This document shows positions 50,870 through 63,231 of a stretch of DNA of 64,000 nucleotides, one piece after another. The notes under the pieces are model-generated. The model saw only the letters and a list, made by a program, of their open reading frames with translations, had not been told where the DNA came from and did not search any database. This DNA comes from Octopus sinensis. Taxonomy: Eukaryota. A program made the position numbers and the translations under genes. Every line of letters starts with the position of its first letter. Position 1 is the stretch's first letter. Location of the stretch: contig NC_043008.1 of assembly GCF_006345805.1 (NCBI RefSeq), positions 4,650,001 to 4,714,000 on the forward strand, in the 5' to 3' direction.

Positions 50870-51660
50870 GCAAAAGTATCATTATTATTATTTCCGTTTG
50901 TTATGGTTTGTGAATTATATCCATTGATTTTGCACCAATTTGAAGTGGCTATAATTAATCCAATATTAGATCTAGCTGAATGGGTTAATTTAAGAGTGGA
51001 TAACTTAAAAACTGAACGGTACATATGCTGTAACGGGAAACTAGATTTAATAATGCTAAAAAAACTGCTTAGGTAAGCCCTTAAAGTTTCAAGGGAAGCA
51101 GAGTGTATATCAAAGTGTATTTCTCCTCCCGCTTTTGTTTGGTAATTGTGAGGGTATGATATTCCTGTTCTTGTTGGATATCTGTGGTATATTTTCATCC
51201 CCAGGATTATCTATCATATGTGTTCTCTTGAGTTTAGGATTAGGCAGGTGGACATGTTCTGTGAAATGTTATGTGGTGGAGGATTGGGGTGGATGTTCTT
51301 ATTTTTAGTGGGTCTCTAAGAGTCTGGAATTAGGATCTAACTGCACTAGGTAATTCTTAAGTTTTGTATTACGTAAGAATTTTTTTTTATTCTGTGAGGA
51401 AATCCACTTGTGGTGTGGTTATTAAAGACTTCTTCAGTTGCAGAAAGATTAGATACTCTAATGAAGATTCTATTAATGATGCTTTTTAATCTGTGGTAAT
51501 TGGAGTGAATATTAATATATTTTAGATTCTCATTAAGTTTATGGTACAGGGAGTATAATGAAGAGTTTAACTCCAAGGTTATGTCCAGGAAGTTAGCTTT
51601 TATATCTTTTCTGTGGTTAAATACGTAAATGCCCTGATTGAAACCAATGCCAATTGTTTG
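50870..51660 (-). pseudogene. Penelope-like RT thumb/linker fragment
   Basis: NFLDITLELNSSLYSLYHKLNENLKYINIHSNYH...IRVSNLSATEEVFN, then SSFPLQHMYRSVFKLSTLKLTHSARSNIGLIIA. These match PLE FLD-x-T...Y-I-N-x-x-S-N-H and F-P...K-L-S-Y-S motifs. Confidence 0.88.
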
Positions 51661-51674
51661 TCTGTTCATCTTTT

Positions 51675-52041
51675 CATATGGTTTTGGGTTCAGTCCCACT
51701 GTGTGGCACCTTGGGCAAGTGTCTTCTACTATAGCCTCGGGCCGACCAAAGCCTTTTGAATGGATTTGGTAGACGGAAACTGAAAGAAGCCCATTGTATA
51801 TATGTGTATGTGTGTGTATATCTTTGTTTGTCTGTGTTTGTTTCCCCCCCCCCCAACATCGCTTGACAACCAATGCTGGTGTGTTTACGTCCCTGTAACT
51901 TAGCGGTTAGGCAAAAGAAACTGATAAAATAACTACTAGGCTTACAAAGAATAAGTCCTGGGGTCGATTTCCTCGACTAAAGGTGGTGCTCCAGTATGGC
52001 CACAGTCAAATGACTGAAACAAGTAAAAGAATAAAAGAATA
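51675..52041 (+). mobile_element. Young OR-like SINE at the Penelope fragment's 5' break
   Basis: gggttcagtcccactgtgtggcaccttgggcaagtgtcttctactatagcctcgggccgacc...aagtaaaagaataaaagaat. Confidence 0.92.
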
Positions 52042-52139
52042 TACATTTATATATAAAGGATGACCTCAGGGTGCTGAACCTTCAGATGAGATGATAAGGG
52101 ACCAAGATACAGGTCAGTCCCCCCGGTTGACGATTGACC

Positions 52140-52400
52140 TGCAAGAACACTGTACCATATAAAAAGCATTCATGCCAGTATCACATAGCAGCACTTATGC
52201 AGTGCCACATAAGAGCACCCAGCACACTCTGTGTAGTGGTTGGCACTTGGAAGGGCATCCAGCTGTAGAAACCAAGCCTAATCAGAAGCTGAAGTGTCTC
52301 ATGCAGCACTTCTGCTTGTAAGCTCTGGTCAAACTGACCAATCCATGCCAGCATAGAAAACAAATGCTAAATGAGGATAATGATATCCTCATCATCATCA
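52140..52400 (+). mobile_element. Degraded RTE-related SINE
   Basis: ggttggcacttggaagggcatccagctgtagaaac...ccatgccagcatagaaa. Confidence 0.75.
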
Positions 52401-53707
52401 TTTAAATATATTGCCTGGACTGGCATGGGCAGAATCAAACAAAAATTAACTTTATATGCTGTATGTGTTCCTTTACATCTTAATTATATCTTTTTATCCT
52501 CAAGTCAACTTTGTTTCTCTTCTTCCAAAATCGTTTAAAATAAGTCCCAGGGAAAATGCTGTTGTCAATATAATTGATTATGACCCTAGAAGACATTATT
52601 TCAGGAAGGTCACAGCTAACGATTGCAGACAATTAATCACATCTTTAGATCATATGCATCAGCAGTCTTCTAACGAAGAGTGTTATTACTCTTAATTGAA
52701 AAATAATGCTTCCTGCTTCACAACCAGAAATGGAAAGACATCTGATGAGGATCAAACTGCTCAAAACTTTGTGTAGCTGTAAAAATTGAAAACAATCTTT
52801 TATCTTTGAACATATTAATCCCAATAATTGTTATATTAAAGTACTTGTGGTTATAAGAATTTAACAATTAATACTCTTATCAAGATTAAAATTTTCTAGA
52901 TTACTAATCTTCTTATCCTTTACAATACTAATCATGAAAGCAAGTATCCTAGTGATCATAGTGTTAGTCTCACAATTTTAAGCATGGCTTCAATTCCTAG
53001 ATCAGATGCTGTGTTGTATTCTTGAGCAAGGCACATCATTTCACATTACTGCAGTTTACTCATCTGAAACGAATACTAACTGCGTGCTCCTTCCAACAGT
53101 CACATCCAGGATGTTTCACTGGGTCAAGAGTAGAGGGACCAAGAGAACTTCTATGTTTGTTTGGAATTAAGACAATCAAGTTCTGAAGGTGTAAATATAA
53201 ACATTCACTTTAGTCAAGACAATCATAATTCCAATAACTACCTACCTTGAACATTTTACCATTTTACCATTCTGTCTTTTATATCCCAAGCCAATACTCC
53301 AGTGTGGCCTTAGTTATAATGACTAAAAATCAAAAACTAAAGAGTCCAAGAACTCGTAGCATATCAACTTCATTAACCAATAATTCAACATTTAGAATCA
53401 AAATTATATTTTTCAATTCCTTGCAAAAGGTTTCCATGTGATGTGATAAAAACAAAATTACCATGGGGTTAAAAAGTTTACTTTGTAACTATGTGATTTC
53501 ACATTTGATCCCACTATGTCTTCAACAATTGCTTCAGGTTGACCAAAACGTTGTGAGTGGAATTTGGTAGATGGAAAAATGTGTGCAAATTTCACAGGGG
53601 AACATTATTTTTGTTTTTTCGAAGCTGAATCTATCACTCAATAAAACACCACTACTGACTCATAGGGGTTTAGTATAATTGTTGTTGTAAGACAATGAGG
53701 AATCACA

Positions 53708-53738
<31 letters not shown>

Positions 53739-55336
53739 TGAAATGATGAATAATACCAATATCGAAATTATTTAATTAAGCTAGAAGAAATACTCCGGGT
53801 CACTACGGAACCTCAAAGTACAAGTTCAATGAATAAGAACAGCTAAAGAAAACAACTCATTTAAACTGAACTGTCTAAATTACGAATTTCTTTATAAAGA
53901 TGAAGCGTGAATGCACATTGTCTGTATTTATGGAAATATGATTAAAAGCAAAATGTTTGATAGTTCACAACATAATATACATAGTTCAAAGTGTTTAAGC
54001 AACATCTCTAAGAAAACAGTGGAAGAATCTACTTTCGTTGGCTCAATCTCTGATCAAAATTTTCTTACAAGCATTCAGGCCTGGTCTCTAATCTGGAAAC
54101 AATTTTCTCTCTTCCTTTCACCTTTCCTAGAGAGTCTGAAAAGGGTCAACAGCACAGCCATTCTCCTCTAAGTCATTAAAAACCAATGTAAAACCTGTTT
54201 TATTTGATTTTGCTTCCTCCAGACCTATGGATCGATTTGATTCTAGCACTACAAACTAAAAACACTCATTGATTATATAGTGTTCCAGTTATTTACAGTG
54301 TTGAACTGCACCACTGAAATCTAGGATAACTAAACCATCTTTCGTGAGTGAAAGTCAAATGCAGCTTTGATGACAGAATACAAATTATGAAGTCTTCAAA
54401 TGGTGGAATAGTTTCTGTTGAATTCACAACCGGCTGTGATTCTTCATACAAATGTCCTTACTTTAAATTCTCTTCTTGTAACCTTTCAGTCTTTTTATCT
54501 TTAATTCTCATCCTAGATATTTTCATGTAAAGATCTCTCTTTTATTCTCTGTTATGTCACAGAACAGTAGACCACCTGATTTGATGTTTTGGGAGGTGCC
54601 CTGTCTCCTCAACCACTCAACTCACCCCTCAAATTCTACACTAACCGCTATACCCAAGCCTTCCTTTCCAAAATTACTAGAATTGACTTGCCCATCTGTT
54701 TCAAAGAGTTTATGAATGACATAGGCATTTCTTTTTCCCTTTGACCAAACCTTAAATAAAAGCCAAATTTTCATTTCTTCTGTCAGGCTTCATAAAATAA
54801 GCAACAGTAATATCTTCATTTTCTACATCTATCAGCTTGTATCAAGTACATAATGAGGGATGTGCCATTTATCCCAGCTAATAATACTTAGGGGTTGTTG
54901 CTCTTCACGGGAACAATGTGGCCATTTAGATTCACACCATTATCAGCCCTTAAAATGCAAACACCATCAAGTAGATTTTTTCCACCCACAGTCTCTTGCC
55001 TAAAGGAACCTTGGGTGCAGGGAGCTCTCAGTGGTTATGTTAAATCAACATTAGTATTGCACTAGTACTTTATTTTGTTGACTTCAGCAGGATAAAAAGT
55101 AAAGTTGACTTCAGCATGATTTGAAATAAGAATATAAAAGTCCTTCACCAAATGCTGCAAAGTATTTTCTCTGCCAGTCTATCACTTGTGTCTGCTAGAT
55201 TAGATCTAATCTACTAGAGTACAGTCTCTTTAAGAAAAAGTACCTCATGCTTTGTCAGAACCTTCATTCTAGTTTGTAATTTTTGTCAAAGGTTTTTCTT
55301 CTATTTTTATTTACCGTGTGAATATTCCCGAAATCT

Positions 55337-55685
55337 ATTGTGATTATTGAAATAATTATAATCATCGAAATAACTGTGTATGATATTAAAATAATTGTAA
55401 TTATTGAAAATATTGTAATTCTTGAGATACTTGTAATTGTTGAAGTAATTGGGATTATTGAAATAATTGTAATTATTGAGAAATAATTGCTGAAATAATT
55501 GTGTTATTAAAGTAATTGTGATTATTGAGGTAATTATTATTGAAATATTTGTGATTATTAAAGCAATTGTGATTATTGTGATTATTGAGATAACTGTAAT
55601 TACTGAAATAATTGTAATTATTGAAACAATTATGATTATCAAAATAATTGCATTTATTGGAAATATTTATGATTATTGAAATAAT
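55337..55685. repeat. 9/18-bp period AT-rich minisatellite (gtgattatt/gaaataatt)
   Basis: Read directly; yields the I/T- and N/Y-rich ORF. Confidence 0.9.
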
Positions 55686-56549
55686 TCTAAAAATTCAAAA
55701 CATTTTTTCATACTTTTTTCCTTTCCTGTCAGTTTCTTCATTTCCATTATTTTTTTCTTTTTCTATGGATTATCTCTTTTATTTTATTTTATTCTGTCTT
55801 TTCCTTTCCACAGTCATGCAACATAATAACAAGCTAGAGTCTATTGCCAAACAGAACTAGAATTGATCTCAGTCAATTAACTTTTCCCCTTTCACATAAC
55901 TTTACAATATATTATCAGTTAGAACAAAACTCACACAGGTGTTGCCCAACACCAACACAATTGATGTTGCTCTAGAAGTGCAGCATCTACATCATAACTG
56001 TCCACTGACATCTATTTATGTGCTTATCTGTTAATTCAAACGAGGAATGAAAGAGACACAAACATTCAGAAAATATCTTCATTTTACTCCATATCTAAAC
56101 ATCAACTATAATTTTCCATTCCTCCCACGACCACCCCACCCCACCCTCGGGTGAGGCAACTACAAAGACTTTAATAATCATGTTAGAGGAAGAAAGAGCT
56201 TTAATCAGTCAACAATTAAAACTGCTGTTCGCATTTCTGGAAATAGTTTCCTTCGTCAGTCGTCCACCTCACTTTATCTTCTAAATTTATAGCATTGCAC
56301 ACCACTTATTTATAAACATGCAAGCAGTCTTATCACAAATCATTTCATCCTTGTAACTCTCTGATATATTAGAGTCAATTATTAACTTTCAATGAAGTCA
56401 TTCTCTCAAAACTGTTTTCATTGCAGCTTTATCTGTCTGTCGTCTTTTTAGAACTGAAATTTGGAAAACATTCACTCTCACTTTCTCTTATATCAGACAT
56501 ATTTTCATCAAATAATGTGGTTGCTGTTGTTGTTGTTGTTGTTACCATT

Positions 56550-59545
56550 GTTGTTGTTGTTTATATCCAGACTATCCTTGATCCAGGAAACCTATGATGA
56601 AAAGCATTCCAGTCATGACTGACCCTGTCTATTTTTCTTTCTTTTATTTTTTGGGGTTTTTTTCTTTTCAGATACAATGTATCTAATACCACATTATGTC
56701 TTTCTAATTTGTCCATCATTTTTCTAAAACAGTACGGTGTGGTTTCAGTGAAATTCTACTGCTATTTCTAGCAGGTCAAACAACCACACATTGGGCCCCC
56801 ACCCACATCATTATCTCATCAAACAATGTAGTGTTGTTGCTATTATTATTATTGTTGTCATTATTGTTTAGCCTCATGTCAACCATGATGAAACAGATCT
56901 ATGATCAAGGATATTCCAGCCATGATCATCCCCTCTTATTTTCAGACGTGTATCTAGAACTACATTATTTAAAGTGCCCTTCTTTCTTTATGATGGTAGG
57001 TTGTGATTTTGATAGACATTTGGCTGTTATATCCAGCAAGCTGCTCCATTGAACATGTAGGAAGAGCAATTTGTTTTTAAATATTGTTTACCATTGTTTT
57101 ATCAATTACAAACCATTTCATCTGAATGATAATTACAAATTGGTGACATTTTAATGTAGACAACAGCATAATTAACAGGTGCCCCACACTGTATTTGTAT
57201 ATATAAACAAATGTCAGGTACATTTATGAGTGTTTGTTTATATTAAACACACTTTAGCCTCTCTTATGAAAAGTACATACTCTGGTTGAACCCCATTTTC
57301 CTATTTCTGGGACCAGAAAAAAAGTCACATTTCAGTGTTTTTATTGCTTCGTTAGGGAAGGTCACTCATTTCCTTAACTATAGAGAACATAGTAGCCTTA
57401 TATATAGAGAGAACACAGTAGCCTATAACTGTTTACAGTACATACAAACTTGGATAAAATTAAATTGACCTGTTCTAATATAAATAATCATAAATGCAAG
57501 CTTTGGAAATGTTTAATTAACACAGAGAAGCACTACACCAAACAACATTAGGATAACTAGTGATATTAGTTCAAACTTATGGGTGTATTTAGAATAAATT
57601 TTTCTGGTTGCAATTGAAAAGTACCTATTTTTCACTGCTAAGTTAAAAGCATGTTTACTATTAACACACAGTCATAATTCGACCTTTTATCTCTGTTTAT
57701 CCGAATGTTGTTGTGTACTTCATCATCATCATTTAATTAAATGTTATTAACAGATGTACCATCTTAATGAAAATTAAGGCAGATCAGTTTAGTTTTGTTC
57801 AAGTTTATGTATACTATAAATAGTCGTAAGATACTATTTAATCTACGAGTGGGAAAATGAGTGATCGGTCACTGATGAAGCAGTAAGAAAGGAAAAACTA
57901 GTCACGTCTGTCTCCTTTTTCTGGTCATAGAGACAAAAATGTGGTTGTAATACAGTATCTTCTCTTCACAGCAAGGCAAAAGAAAAACTATTTGTTCACT
58001 ATAAACATCACTGTATGTTTACCTCTTTTTTGATAATTATGCATAATTTTTCTGAAATGACTTCATAAACAAATAAACTTAAGATGAGATGTTACTGAAG
58101 TTAACTTGCAGAAATTCTGTTCTGGGGAGATACAAGGATACATTTATCATAATGTTCTGGTGTGATGGTATTATATCTATGAGAATTTCAGGTGATTTGA
58201 ATGTGTAGTTTCAGGAAATGTGTGATTAAAACAGATTATAGCATCATCTACAACCATTCCTTGCATGTCAATGTGCTCTCTTTCACTTTATCTATTTTGG
58301 TTGCTGTCATTGTTTAGCTCAAACACTGTCAGCATTTTTTATCTTTCTTTTCTTCTGTTTTTTTTTTTTTCTAAGACCTGTGCATTCGGGACAACATTAT
58401 CAGATGCATCTTTCTCCTTTTAAGTTAGTAAGATGTGGTTTGAGGGTTATTTGACTGCTAATTCTTGCAGTATGAGTGACCACATAGAAGTTCCCTAGCT
58501 GACTTGTGTATTTTACTGATGGTAGCTGTTATTTAACTTCAGGTCAGCCCAAATTGAACAAATATACAATTAAAAGTATTCCAGACATCTTTTTCTTTCA
58601 GGCAGTGAACACCATCCAGTTCTAAATTATCAAATGTAACCTTTCCATTGTGAGATGAAGATTTTGAGGGAGATTTGACTCCTATTTTTATTCATTTATT
58701 TTTTGTGTGAATCAGCACAATATGTTAAGTCACTTGTGTTCTTTCATCAGGACTATATCCACTGTATTTTAACACCACTGTGAGGGCAAAGTTCAATGCC
58801 GTGTTTATTCTACCTGTTATATACTGCTGATTTTTTGAAGTTTGTTGCAGTTGATGCAGGAGAGGCTGATATTTCAAACCCAGCTGGCATGGATTTCATC
58901 TATTGCTTGCAGATCTATGAGGGTAGGGTATTGTTATGCCAATGAAAAGTCGATCACCAATCGTTCTGGATAATAGATTCAATTCACCACCCAATTTAGC
59001 ACCATCATTGAGCCTTTGGGTACCTTCAGCAGAATCCATCTGCAGCAAGCGTTCATGCCAGACCTCTGACGATAACTTCTTCCCATTTTCCCACCAAGCA
59101 CGAAACACCTGGGTCACAGCAATTTCTCTTCCATCAAGTCACACATTCATATTCTCTTCTTCTTCTTCTTCTTCTTCTCAGTCAAATGTAGGAACAACAC
59201 TGATATCTTCTTACATTTCTTTGATATGTGCATCTGCGTCCACAAGGGTCTGACTTCCCATCATAATTGTTGTGTTCATATGGTTTGTTGTTCTCTTTAA
59301 GTTGCTGTTATTGTTTAACCCCAGGTCATCTTTGATCCAGCAGCCCTCTGATCAAATGGCATTCTAACCATGACTACATCATAATATTTTCAAAAATTTT
59401 ATTTAAGGCTACATTATTCATCACGTCTTTCATTTTTAAAGGGTATGGTCGATTTGAAGGCTACTTGGCTATTTTGTAAGAAAGTAGGGTGTGACTCGAA
59501 GGAGATTTGACTGATATTTTTATAACAAGTCTAGCAACAATATAG
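56550..59545 (-). mobile_element. Cluster of five co-oriented (AAC)n-tailed repeat copies, interspersed with other DNA
   Basis: Copies near 56550, 56860, 58310, 58530 and 59310. Confidence 0.7.
58730..59270 (-). pseudogene. Stop-interrupted reading frame, possibly a decayed GIY-YIG (PLE) C-terminus
   Basis: About 170 codons with few stops; CCDPGVSCLVG/ENGKKLSS resembles C-x-x-C...YVGETGRKL; ends SPDE on cctgatgaaag, as PLE 3' ends do. Confidence 0.35.
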
Positions 59546-59880
59546 AAACTGCTTTGATGATTTAATAGTTCCGTAAGGACTTTAAATGGTTGCAATTTCT
59601 TAATCTATTCAGGTAAACCAAAGATTCTGATTTGTGTCTGTGATAAAATATTCATTCATCTTGTTATAATTTTGCCAACATAAGATGTTTAGTATATTGT
59701 AAAAAAAATATAAACTTTCGTCCATCGAGTTGGGTTTATATTGTCCCTGTATTTGCCAAGCATCAGACTAAGTTTCCATTGCAAGCTTACGTTCATTTTG
59801 ATTCCTGAGTTGTCACTCTTGACGTTCTTCAGTAGATCTGAATTATTCAACAACCCATGTTTATGTGCATGTATGTATGC

Positions 59881-59932
<52 letters not shown>

Positions 59933-59937
59933 ATAAC

Positions 59938-60006
59938 AATAATAATCCTTGGATGTAATTTATGAATATTTTAAATATTTTAGATATTTATAAATTCCAT
60001 CCAAGG

Positions 60007-60015
<9 letters not shown>
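59938..60015. repeat. 32-bp inverted repeat with (ATT)n tails pointing outward
   Basis: 59938-59969 versus 59984-60015, 2 mismatches; followed by (TTA)n. Confidence 0.85.
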
Positions 60016-60053
<38 letters not shown>

Positions 60054-60164
60054 TACATTTCTCCTACATTATAGCAGCACAGCTTGGTGCAACCCCCAAA
60101 AACTGGTATCACCAATTGGCATCATGAGGCAGTAGCTGACATAATAGAATAGGAGCTTTTATAT

Positions 60165-60445
60165 GTTGTTTGTTCCCTCACAAGCCATGCCTGGTTCGTA
60201 AGGGCTGGTTTCCCACCTGGATGGGATGCCAATCCATTACAGGTGAGCTGCTAGATGCAGGAGGAAAGAGTGAGAGAAAGTTATGGGGAAAGCATCAGTG
60301 GAAGTTCACCAATACCTTCTGCTGGAGCAGCATTGAGCTTAGGTGTTTCACTCATAAACACACACATCGCCCGGTCTGAGATTCGAACCCATGATCTCTC
60401 AGCTGTGAGTCCACAGCTCTAACCACTAGGCTATGTGCCTCCACA
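60165..60445 (-). mobile_element. tRNA-derived SINE with Pol III A/B boxes
   Basis: Minus strand: tagcctagtgg (A box) and ggttcgaatct (B box), followed by a non-tRNA body. Confidence 0.85.
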
Positions 60446-60522
60446 GGAGCTTTTATATACATATTCAAAATGTTTCCTGTAAACAAAATTAAAGGATATA
60501 TATATATATATATACACACACA

Positions 60523-61051
60523 CAGAGTGCAATGGGTAAATTGTCACCAGTTTATATTTTTAATTTTGTACATGCACATTTTTTGTTTTTTATTTTGTCG
60601 GCTACACAGTATAACAGGGTCAGTTGGGCACCGTCTGTGAGAAAAACAACACCATGACACAATTCATTCTGCCAGAAATTTGGAAATGGCATGCTGTAGT
60701 GCTTGGCATATGTGCTGGAAGCTCCACTATGAACATTTCAGAGTGTTTGGGTGTCAATCTGAGGACAATGCAGAGGATTCGGAAAGAGTTGGATGAGTCT
60801 ATTAGTGATTATGAAGGTACAGCAGCTCAGAAAACTCACTCTGATCGTTCTGATAAGAAAAGAACTCCTGAATTTGTTGGTGGGACCCAGGCCATGATTG
60901 ATAATGATCCCTCCAAGTCAATCAGGTCCATTTCCAGAGACATGGGAGTGTCTGAGTTTCTTGCCAGGCAGGTAGTGTATGAAGACATTTGGTATTCTTC
61001 ATACAAGATGAAAAAGGGCCAATTTTTATCCCAAGCCTTTAAGGACAAGAA
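60523..61051 (+). mobile_element. Tc1/mariner DD37D-type transposon, 5' part (TIR and HTH region)
   Basis: cagagtgcaatgggtaaattg resembles the 29816 terminus; ATG at 60654; KRTPEFV...DNDPSKSIRSISRDMGVSEFL...EDIWYSSYKMKKGQFLS. Confidence 0.88.
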
Positions 61052-61345
61052 GCTTTTGAACAACAAATACCAAAGATGTACCGAAAGCAGATTCCATCAC
61101 ATGCCAGGGGAAAAACCAGAAGTAGTTGATAACTTCCGTTACCTAGATGACCAAGTCAGTAGTGGGAGTTGATGCTCTGAGAGCATATTTTAATAAGAAT
61201 AGCCTAGGTCTCTCACTCAGATTGAAAGGTAGATTGTATGATGCCTGTGTGTGAACAGCCATGCTACACAGCAGTGAAACATGAGCTGTGGTTGATGAGG
61301 ACATGCTTAGGCTTGAAAGAAATGAAGTTAGTATACTCCACCATG
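61052..61345 (+). pseudogene. RTE LINE ORF fragment
   Basis: EVVDNFRYLDDQVSSG and LSLRLKGRLYDACV*TAMLHSSET*AV...LERNE match RTE F-x-Y-LG and Y-G-S-E-T-W motifs. Confidence 0.88.
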
Positions 61346-61414
61346 GCCAATGCCACTATCACATTACTGGCCCATTTAAAAGTACCCTTCTTCAATTGTT
61401 AGGCAATATGCTGT

Positions 61415-61798
61415 GCTTGAGAAGACCTGTTGAGCCAAGTGGAATCATAGTCATGGCGGATGCCAGTGTCGCATGACTGACTCCCGTACTGGTGGCACAT
61501 AAAAAGCACCATTCGAGCGTGACATGCCAGTTCTGCCAGACTGGCATGTAAAAAGCACCATTCAAGTGTGATCGATGCCAGTGCCACCTAACTGGCTCCT
61601 GTGCCAGAGGCATGTAAAATGCACCCACTACACTCTCGAAGTGGTTGGCATTAGGAAGGGCATCTAGCTGTAGAAACATTGCCAGATCAGATTGGAGCTT
61701 GGTGCAGCCTCCTAGCTTGCCAGTCCTTAGTCAAACCATCCAACCCATGCCAGCATGGAAAGCAGACATTAAACAATGATGTTGATGATGATGATGAT
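61415..61798 (+). mobile_element. RTE-related SINE with three internal units and (GAT)n tail
   Basis: Same core and tail as 11532-12135. Confidence 0.88.
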
Positions 61799-62319
61799 AC
61801 ATGCATACATACAGTATAATATGGCATGACACTGTCATGTCACATATGTAGGAACAGTCTCATTCACACATTCACATGTACCAGAAGCTGTATTTTCTCA
61901 AATAAAAGTTTTACGCCTCCTTGAACTCTGCAAAGAAATACACACAAATGTGTGCACACACACACACACACACACACAACAGGCATAACTGACCCTGCTG
62001 ACTTTCAAACAGATTTCATCTCCCAAGTTTTACTTGTAAAGCGTCAATCAATCTGAGATTAGCTCACAAGTGGTGCTTGCTGAAGGTGTCTCGCAGCAGG
62101 ATTAAAACCAGAACAAAATGGCTGCTAAGCAAGATTGTTGACCCCGCGATAATGCCAGTCGCCTTCCAAAGAATGAACTTTTGTCATGAATCATCAGTAC
62201 AACGCACATTGCAGTTTTAATACCATGAGGCACTAATCGTTAGCATACTGAAATTGCTGGCCTCGTGCCAAAATTTGAAACTAATATTACCAGCCACTAA
62301 ATAAATTTGTGAAGGTGCA

Positions 62320-62530
62320 CAGCCTTGTAGTTGAGGGTATTGCACTCACAATCACAAGAGCAAGGTTTCAATTCCCAGACCAAGTAGTGCACTGTGTTCT
62401 TGAGAAGGACATTTCATTTCATGTTGTTCTCCTCGGCCACTCAGCTGTAAATGAGTGGCCCCGTGATGAGCCAGCATCCTACTCAGAGGGATTGTTGTGA
62501 TCTTCGTTACTTATATGCCATGGAAATAAG
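62320..62530 (+). mobile_element. Degraded tRNA/CORE-type SINE
   Basis: ggtttcaattccc B-box-like motif, then tgtgttcttgagaaggacatttcatttcatgttg...actcagctgtaaatgag. Confidence 0.65.
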
Positions 62531-62959
62531 AGTCAAAACAACTGTTAGCCACAGCAAAGCACATATATTTCTAGCGATGCTGATTTGCACCCTTGGTTGC
62601 TTTAGGGATGTTTGTACTTGGGCCTTTTGGTTTTTAAATTTCGGATAACTGCCTCAGTAATTTATAATTTTCACTTGACCAGTTGACCAAATCCTCAAAT
62701 GCTTCTTCCTAAGGTAATTGCTATAAACTGAGAAGGGGAATCCCCTCCAACCGTGGCAATGGAGTAAGGGTCCTTAATGAGAGTTAACTCAATCTGAAAT
62801 CATTGATGATTTAACACTTCTTGCTGTGGGGAGGTTGGTCTCCCTTGTCAATCAATAGATAAGCGCTTGCCTGTGGCTAAGAGTTCTTTTAACTCTTATT
62901 AATGTTGCTGCTGATTTGCACCCTTACTCACCAGAGGGAAGTTTGTACTTGTATATATA

Positions 62960-63177
62960 CATCATCATCATCGTTTAACATCCGCTTTCCATGCTAGCAT
63001 GGGTTGGACGATTTGACTGAGGGCTGGTGAACCAGATGGCTGAACCAGGCTCCAATCTTGATCTGGCAGAGTTTCTACAGCTGGATGCCCTTGTAGAAAC
63101 TCTGCCAGATCAAGATTGAAGCCTGGTGCAGCCATCTGGTTCGCCAGCTCTCAGTCAAATCGTCCAACCCATGCTAG

Positions 63178-63178
<1 letters not shown>
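62960..63178. repeat. Fold-back of RTE-related SINE 3' part (87-bp arms, 12-nt spacer)
   Basis: 62993-63079 versus 63092-63178, 4 mismatches; (CAT)n tail on the left, (TA)n on the right. Confidence 0.93.

Positions 63179-63231
<53 letters not shown>

Noticed and set aside
52742-52775. ctgatgag...ctcaaaac as a hammerhead
   Set aside because: GAAA is mutated and there is no stem I or III pairing.
57872-57905. ctgatgaag...aaaaactagtc as a hammerhead
   Set aside because: The AC-TA-GTC end is suggestive, but stem II and stem I do not pair and G12 is lost; at most a dead relic.
60370-60445. tRNA gene (also SINE heads at 15.3, 26.5 and 44.3 kb)
   Set aside because: A/B boxes are present, but there is no complete cloverleaf and the sequence continues into a SINE body.
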